From positions 416,001-480,000 of the forward strand of contig CAVZVA010000009.1 of assembly GCA_963778655.1 (NCBI GenBank): 64,000 nucleotides of DNA, written 5' to 3'. The position numbers and the translations under genes were made by a program. The DNA is from an uncultured delta proteobacterium. GTDB lineage: Bacteria; Myxococcota_A; Polyangia; Polyangiales; JAFGIB01. Below, piece after piece: positions 59,801 through 64,000 of the stretch (positions are counted from its first letter, which is position 1; every line of letters begins with the position of its first letter). The notes beneath the pieces are model-generated. The model saw only the letters and a program-made list of their open reading frames with translations. It was not told the DNA's origin and made no database searches.

Positions 59801-61180
59801 CTACTTCAAGAACTGCGCTCCCAGATAGATGGTATTGCCGCTACTGCGGGCTCCGCTCATCCCGTCGGTGGTCTTGGTGTAGCGATAGCCGAGCGCGAGG
59901 CGTGCGGCATAGTCGGCGATCACGTAGCCGATCTGTCCCTCGACAGAGGTCTCCATGTTGTCGGTCGCGCGCACCTTGGCTTGCTGCAGCCGCACCAGCG
60001 GTTGCAGCTTGCCGGGGCCGAGCTTGTCGGCGGTGAGGTAGCTGATCAGGGCGAGGTAGGAGAACTTGAACGGCTCGTTGTCGCCCATGTAGTTGTAGAA
60101 CGCGGCCTCGACGTCGAACGCCGCGCCGTCGAGCGCCTTCTCGAACAGCACGTCGGCGTTGAACTCGCCGTAGTCCTTGGTCGCCATGCCGCCCGCCGAG
60201 CCGTCCTTCTTGTACTGGCCGGCGACGCCGATCGCGAGGATGTCTTTTCCGTAGTACGTGCTGCTGTGGTAGTAGCCGGGCTCGGGGTTGAGCAGGCTAA
60301 GGTTGAGGCGGCCGATCCACAGCGGGCCACCCGAGCTGTTGTAGAGATCGAACGCGCCCACGTAGTACTTGAACAAGCCGCCCTGCGCTTGACCCCAGAT
60401 CGTGGCGCCGTCGTTGCGGCCGTACGGTCCTTGGCGCGGGCCGACGGGAGGGCCTGCGTAGCCCGTGTACGTGCCGGGGTAATACCAGGGTGCGGCGAAC
60501 CAGGTGCCGCTGAAGTTCGCGCGGTCCGAAGGCACCAGCATGCGACCCACCCAGATGTGGAACGCGTCGTCGATGTCGAAGCGGCCGATCAGGTCGAGAA
60601 TTGAGACCGTGCCCTGGTCGGGCGGGGTCTGACCAGGACCGAACATCGCGGTGAGGTTGCCGGTGATGCCGATCTCGTTGGTGATCTGTCCATCCGCGTG
60701 CAGCTCGATGTCACCGTTCTCGCTCAGGTGCTTCATCTGCTTGGGCTGCGGGCCGTGGAGATCTGCGCCCACGCGGCCCCACACGTTCATGGTGACGGGC
60801 TTCTTGGTGGCGTCTTCCTCGGCCGGCGGTGGGGGCGGCGGCACCGTGGGCTCGGCCGCCGCAGGCATCGGCGGGGGCGCCGGCGTGGGCTCGGGCGGCA
60901 TGGCCGCGGGCGCCGGTGCGGGGGCTGCCTCCAGGGGTGGTGGCGCGACGGCCGGCGCTGCTTCGGGTGCGGGCGCTGCGACCGGCGTCGCGGGTGCTGC
61001 GACCGGCGCGGCCTCCGGCGCCGCGCTCGCGGTGGGCGCGGCAGCAGGCACCGCCGGGGCAGGGCCCGCCTGCGCCTGCGCCTGCAGCGGCGCAAGCACG
61101 CCGGGCGCAGCCAGCAGGCTGCATACAGCGAGCGTCATCCATCGCATGTTCCGCATCTTCGGGCTCGTGCTTTGTTCCAT
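59801..61180 (-). CDS. Outer membrane porin, FmdC (short-chain amide/urea porin)-like; start may be 61156 or 61147
   Basis: Signal peptide, Pro/Ala linker, IWVGRMLVPSDRANFSG, GRNDGATIWG, PEPGYY.SSTYYG, C-terminal beta strand. Confidence 0.75.
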   Translation of the reverse strand: MEQSTSPKMRNMRWMTLAVCSLLAAPGVLAPLQAQAQAGPAPAVPAAAPTASAAPEAAPVAAPATPVAAPAPEAAPAVAPPPLEAAPAPAPAAMPPEPTPAPPPMPAAAEPTVPPPPPPAEEDATKKPVTMNVWGRVGADLHGPQPKQMKHLSENGDIELHADGQITNEIGITGNLTAMFGPGQTPPDQGTVSILDLIGRFDIDDAFHIWVGRMLVPSDRANFSGTWFAAPWYYPGTYTGYAGPPVGPRQGPYGRNDGATIWGQAQGGLFKYYVGAFDLYNSSGGPLWIGRLNLSLLNPEPGYYHSSTYYGKDILAIGVAGQYKKDGSAGGMATKDYGEFNADVLFEKALDGAAFDVEAAFYNYMGDNEPFKFSYLALISYLTADKLGPGKLQPLVRLQQAKVRATDNMETSVEGQIGYVIADYAARLALGYRYTKTTDGMSGARSSGNTIYLGAQFLK

Positions 61181-61182
61181 AA

Positions 61183-61252
61183 GCTCTCTCGCTGTGCAGG
61201 GGGGTTTTGCCTCGCCACGCGCGAGGCGTCGTGCAACGCACAGCCAGAGAGC
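61183..61252 (-). promoter_or_regulatory. Structured 5' leader immediately upstream of the porin ATG
   Basis: 14/15-bp outer stem (61183-61197 with 61238-61252) and perfect 7-bp inner stem (61209-61227). Confidence 0.6.
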
Positions 61253-61506
61253 CGAGTAGAACGCCCACGTGAACTGCATGTTTCCGACTGATGAAAAGTC
61301 ATGTTTCGCGTGTGTCGCGCGCCTCTGGCGTGCGCGCGCAAGACACGCCGCTCGCCCGAGCAGCGCGATCAGTCGTGCTCTGGAGCGATGCGCGCGGGGT
61401 GAGACCTGGAAATCCTCGCGACACCCGCGCGAAACGCCCGGCTGCTAGGTCCCAGCTCATGGGGATCGACGTACCCGCGATCCCACGAAAGGCCGGAGCC
61501 ACGCCC

Positions 61507-62697
61507 ATGACACGCCAACACCGAGATTGCCCCGTCTCAAACGCCACGCTCGTCTTGTTCGCCGCCGCGTTGCTGCCGCTGTTTGCGGCTGCCTGCAACA
61601 AGGAGAAGCCGAGCGAAAAGCCAGCGGAGCCGGTTGCTGCGGCCGAGAAGGCGGCGCCCGCCGGCGACAAGACCCTGAAGATCGGCTTCATCTACGTCGG
61701 TCCGCGCGACGACTTCGGCTACAACCAGGCGCACGCCGAGGGCGCGAAGGCGATCGCCTCGATCCCTGGCGTCTCGATCCTCGAGGAGGAGAAGGTGCCG
61801 GAGACCATGGACGTCGAGCGCACCATGGAGAGCATGATCAACCTCGACGGTGCCAAGGTGCTGTTCCCGACATCGTTCGGCTACTTCGATCCGCACGTGC
61901 TCAAAGTTGCGGCGAAGTATCCCAACGTGACGTTCCTGCACTGCGGCGGTCTGTACAACCCGGCCAAGCATCCCAAGAACGTGGGCAGCTACTTCGGCTA
62001 CATCGACGAGGCGGAGTACCTCGACGGAATCGTCGCGGCCTACGCCACCAAGAGCAAGAAGCTCGGGTTCATCGCGGCCAAGCCGATCCCGCAGGTGTTG
62101 CGCAACATCAACGCCTTCACGCTCGGCGCCCGCAGCGTCAAGCCGGACATCACCACCACGGTGGTCTTCACCGGCGACTGGTCTCTGCCGGTCAAGGAAG
62201 CCGACGCGGCCAACAGCCTGATCGACCAGGGAATTGACGTGCTGACGGCGCACGTCGACAGCCCCAAGGTCGTGATCCAGACCGCGGAAAAGCGCGGCAT
62301 CTACTCGGTCGGCTATCACACCAGCCAAGCCGCGCTCGCCCCCAAGGGCTATCTGACGGGCGCCGAGTGGAACTGGCAAACGGTCTACAAGGCCTACGTC
62401 AAGCACTTCCAGGACCACACGCCTTGGGAGCACCTGGTGCGCGGCGGGCTCAAGGACGGCTTCGTCAAGACCTCGCCCTACGGTGCCGCGGTGTCGGCCG
62501 AGGCGAAGACCGCGGCCGACGCGGTGAAGGCCAAGATGATGGCTGGCGACTACGTGATCTTCAAGGGCGAGCTCAAGGACAATACGGGCAAGACCGTGAT
62601 CCCGGCCGGCACCGAGCTCAAGCAAACCGATCCCGTGCTCGAGTCGATGTCGTACCTGGTCCAGGGCGTCATCGGATCGACGGGGGCTGGTTCGTGA
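61507..62697 (+). CDS. BMP family ABC transporter substrate-binding lipoprotein
   Basis: Lipobox FAAAC; IGFIYVGPRDDFGYNQAH, PTSFGY, NINAFTLGA, HVDSP. Confidence 0.92.
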   Translation: MTRQHRDCPVSNATLVLFAAALLPLFAAACNKEKPSEKPAEPVAAAEKAAPAGDKTLKIGFIYVGPRDDFGYNQAHAEGAKAIASIPGVSILEEEKVPETMDVERTMESMINLDGAKVLFPTSFGYFDPHVLKVAAKYPNVTFLHCGGLYNPAKHPKNVGSYFGYIDEAEYLDGIVAAYATKSKKLGFIAAKPIPQVLRNINAFTLGARSVKPDITTTVVFTGDWSLPVKEADAANSLIDQGIDVLTAHVDSPKVVIQTAEKRGIYSVGYHTSQAALAPKGYLTGAEWNWQTVYKAYVKHFQDHTPWEHLVRGGLKDGFVKTSPYGAAVSAEAKTAADAVKAKMMAGDYVIFKGELKDNTGKTVIPAGTELKQTDPVLESMSYLVQGVIGSTGAGS

Positions 62698-63833
62698 GAC
62701 TTCGCTCCGCCGGAGCTTTCACGCCGGCGGCCACGCTCGGCGTTCAAGCGATCGCGATCCTGGTCGCGATGCTGCTGTTCGGCGTCTTCTTGCTGATCGT
62801 GGGGACCAATCCCCTGTCGGTCTACGGCGACATGTACAGCGGCGCCTTCGGCTCGTGGTTCTCGACGCAGAACTCCCTGGCTCGTGGCTCGCCGCTCATG
62901 CTGACGGCACTCTGCACCGCGCTGCCGGCGCGGCTCGGCCTGGTGATCATCGGCAACGAGGGCGCGCTGCTGCTCGGCGGCCTGGGCGCGGCGGCGACCT
63001 CGATGGCGCTGCCGCCGGCGCTCTCGCCGCTGCCCGCGCTCTGCAGCATGCTGCTCGCGGGCGCGGCCGCAGGCGCGGTGTGGATCGCGCTTGCGGGCGT
63101 GCTGCGCCAGCGTCGCGGCGTCAACGAGACCATCAGCAGCTTGCTGCTGTTCTACATCGGCCTGGCGATCTTCCTGTATCTGGTCGAGGGTCCGTTGCGT
63201 GATCCGTCCAGCCTCAACAAGCCCTCGACCTACCCGGTGCCCGACGCCAACATGCTCGGCAACATCCCCGGAATGGACGTGCACTGGGGACTGGTGTTCG
63301 GGTTGCTAGCCTGCGTGTCGTGCTACGTGCTGATGGAGCACACGACTTTCGGCTTCGCTGCCCGCATCGTCGGCGGCAACCTGCGCGCGGCGCGGCTCGC
63401 GGGCCTGCCCGTGACGAGGCTGCTGCTCGTCACCTGTCTGCTCGGCGGCGCTGCCGCGGGGCTGGCCGGCGCGGTCGAGGTGGTCGCGATCCACGGCGCG
63501 GCCAATGCCACGCTGTACGCCGGGCTGGGCTTCTCGGGCATCCTGGTGGCGTTCGTGGCGCGCCAGCATCCGCTGGGCATCATCCCGGTCGCCGTGCTGA
63601 TGGGCGGCATCCAGGCCAGCGGTGGGCTGCTGCAGCGGCGCCACAACCTGCCCGACGCCGCGGTTGACGTGTTCAAGGGCATCCTCTTCATCGTCATCCT
63701 GGCCAGCGAGACCTACGTGGGCCGGGCGCACGCCGCGGTGCAGCGGCTGACCGCAGCGTGGGCCGACGCCGCGCCGGCGCACGCGCAGGCCGGGGGCGTG
63801 GGCGCGCCCGCCACCAAGGAGGTGCTGCGATGA
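62694..63833 (+). CDS. ABC transporter permease (nucleoside/BMP type)
   Basis: IIGNEGA, GVNETISSLLL, TTFGF, GLAGA.EV, GFSGILVA. Confidence 0.9.
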   Translation: MRLRSAGAFTPAATLGVQAIAILVAMLLFGVFLLIVGTNPLSVYGDMYSGAFGSWFSTQNSLARGSPLMLTALCTALPARLGLVIIGNEGALLLGGLGAAATSMALPPALSPLPALCSMLLAGAAAGAVWIALAGVLRQRRGVNETISSLLLFYIGLAIFLYLVEGPLRDPSSLNKPSTYPVPDANMLGNIPGMDVHWGLVFGLLACVSCYVLMEHTTFGFAARIVGGNLRAARLAGLPVTRLLLVTCLLGGAAAGLAGAVEVVAIHGAANATLYAGLGFSGILVAFVARQHPLGIIPVAVLMGGIQASGGLLQRRHNLPDAAVDVFKGILFIVILASETYVGRAHAAVQRLTAAWADAAPAHAQAGGVGAPATKEVLR

Positions 63834-64000
63834 ACGAGGGCATTGGCTTGTGGGGCATCCCGCTCGCGATGCTGGGCGGAATGATCCGCGTGAGCACGCC
63901 GTACCTCTTCGTCAGCCTGGGCGAGACACTGACCGAAATGGGCGGGCGCATCAACCTGGGTCTGGAAGGCACGTTGATGATCGGCGCGGTCAGCGCCTAT
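63830..64000 (+). CDS. Second ABC permease, truncated by window end
   Basis: IRVSTPYLFVSLGETLTEMGGRINLGLEG; ATGA overlap. Confidence 0.85.
   Translation, partial: MNEGIGLWGIPLAMLGGMIRVSTPYLFVSLGETLTEMGGRINLGLEGTLMIGAVSAY

Noticed and set aside
61233..61246. Sigma54 promoter for the porin (TGGCTGTGCGTTGC on minus strand)
   Set aside because: GG-to-GC spacing is 9, not the required 10
61400..61500. Known riboswitch (purine or guanidine class) upstream of the BMP gene
   Set aside because: Only short hairpins (GGGATCG/CGATCCC); no recognisable aptamer consensus by eye

Overview
High-GC chromosomal window whose gene content (many Gly/Ala-rich lipoproteins, Cys-rich and RCC1 proteins) suggests a myxobacterium (inference). 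About 56 genes: two efflux operons with TetR regulators (ABC-2 type; MacAB-TolC type), a MATE pump, GH15, an IDH/IPMDH-family enzyme, a 5'-nucleotidase, a 12-gene surface-glycan cluster (Wzx, GT2/GT4, WbqC, three DegT-fold proteins, two methyltransferases, a sulfotransferase), an Atu-like acyclic terpene cluster, and a FmdC-like porin divergent from a BMP-type ABC importer. No rRNA, tRNA, CRISPR, transposase or integrase was seen. The strongest novelty candidate is a pair of paralogous lipoproteins that fuse a c-type cytochrome (CxxCH plus Met) to a PHM/DBH-type dicopper monooxygenase with all six Cu ligands intact. Other notable signals: a 138-bp duplication of the tolC 3' end flanking a 2-kb insert that ends in a sigma54 promoter and a structured non-coding segment; a dispersed REP-like repeat family; a long hairpin next to the porin start; GlnR-like 11-bp-phased boxes; and three broken genes (real decay or assembly indels). 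All family calls come from motif recognition by eye; no database searches were run.
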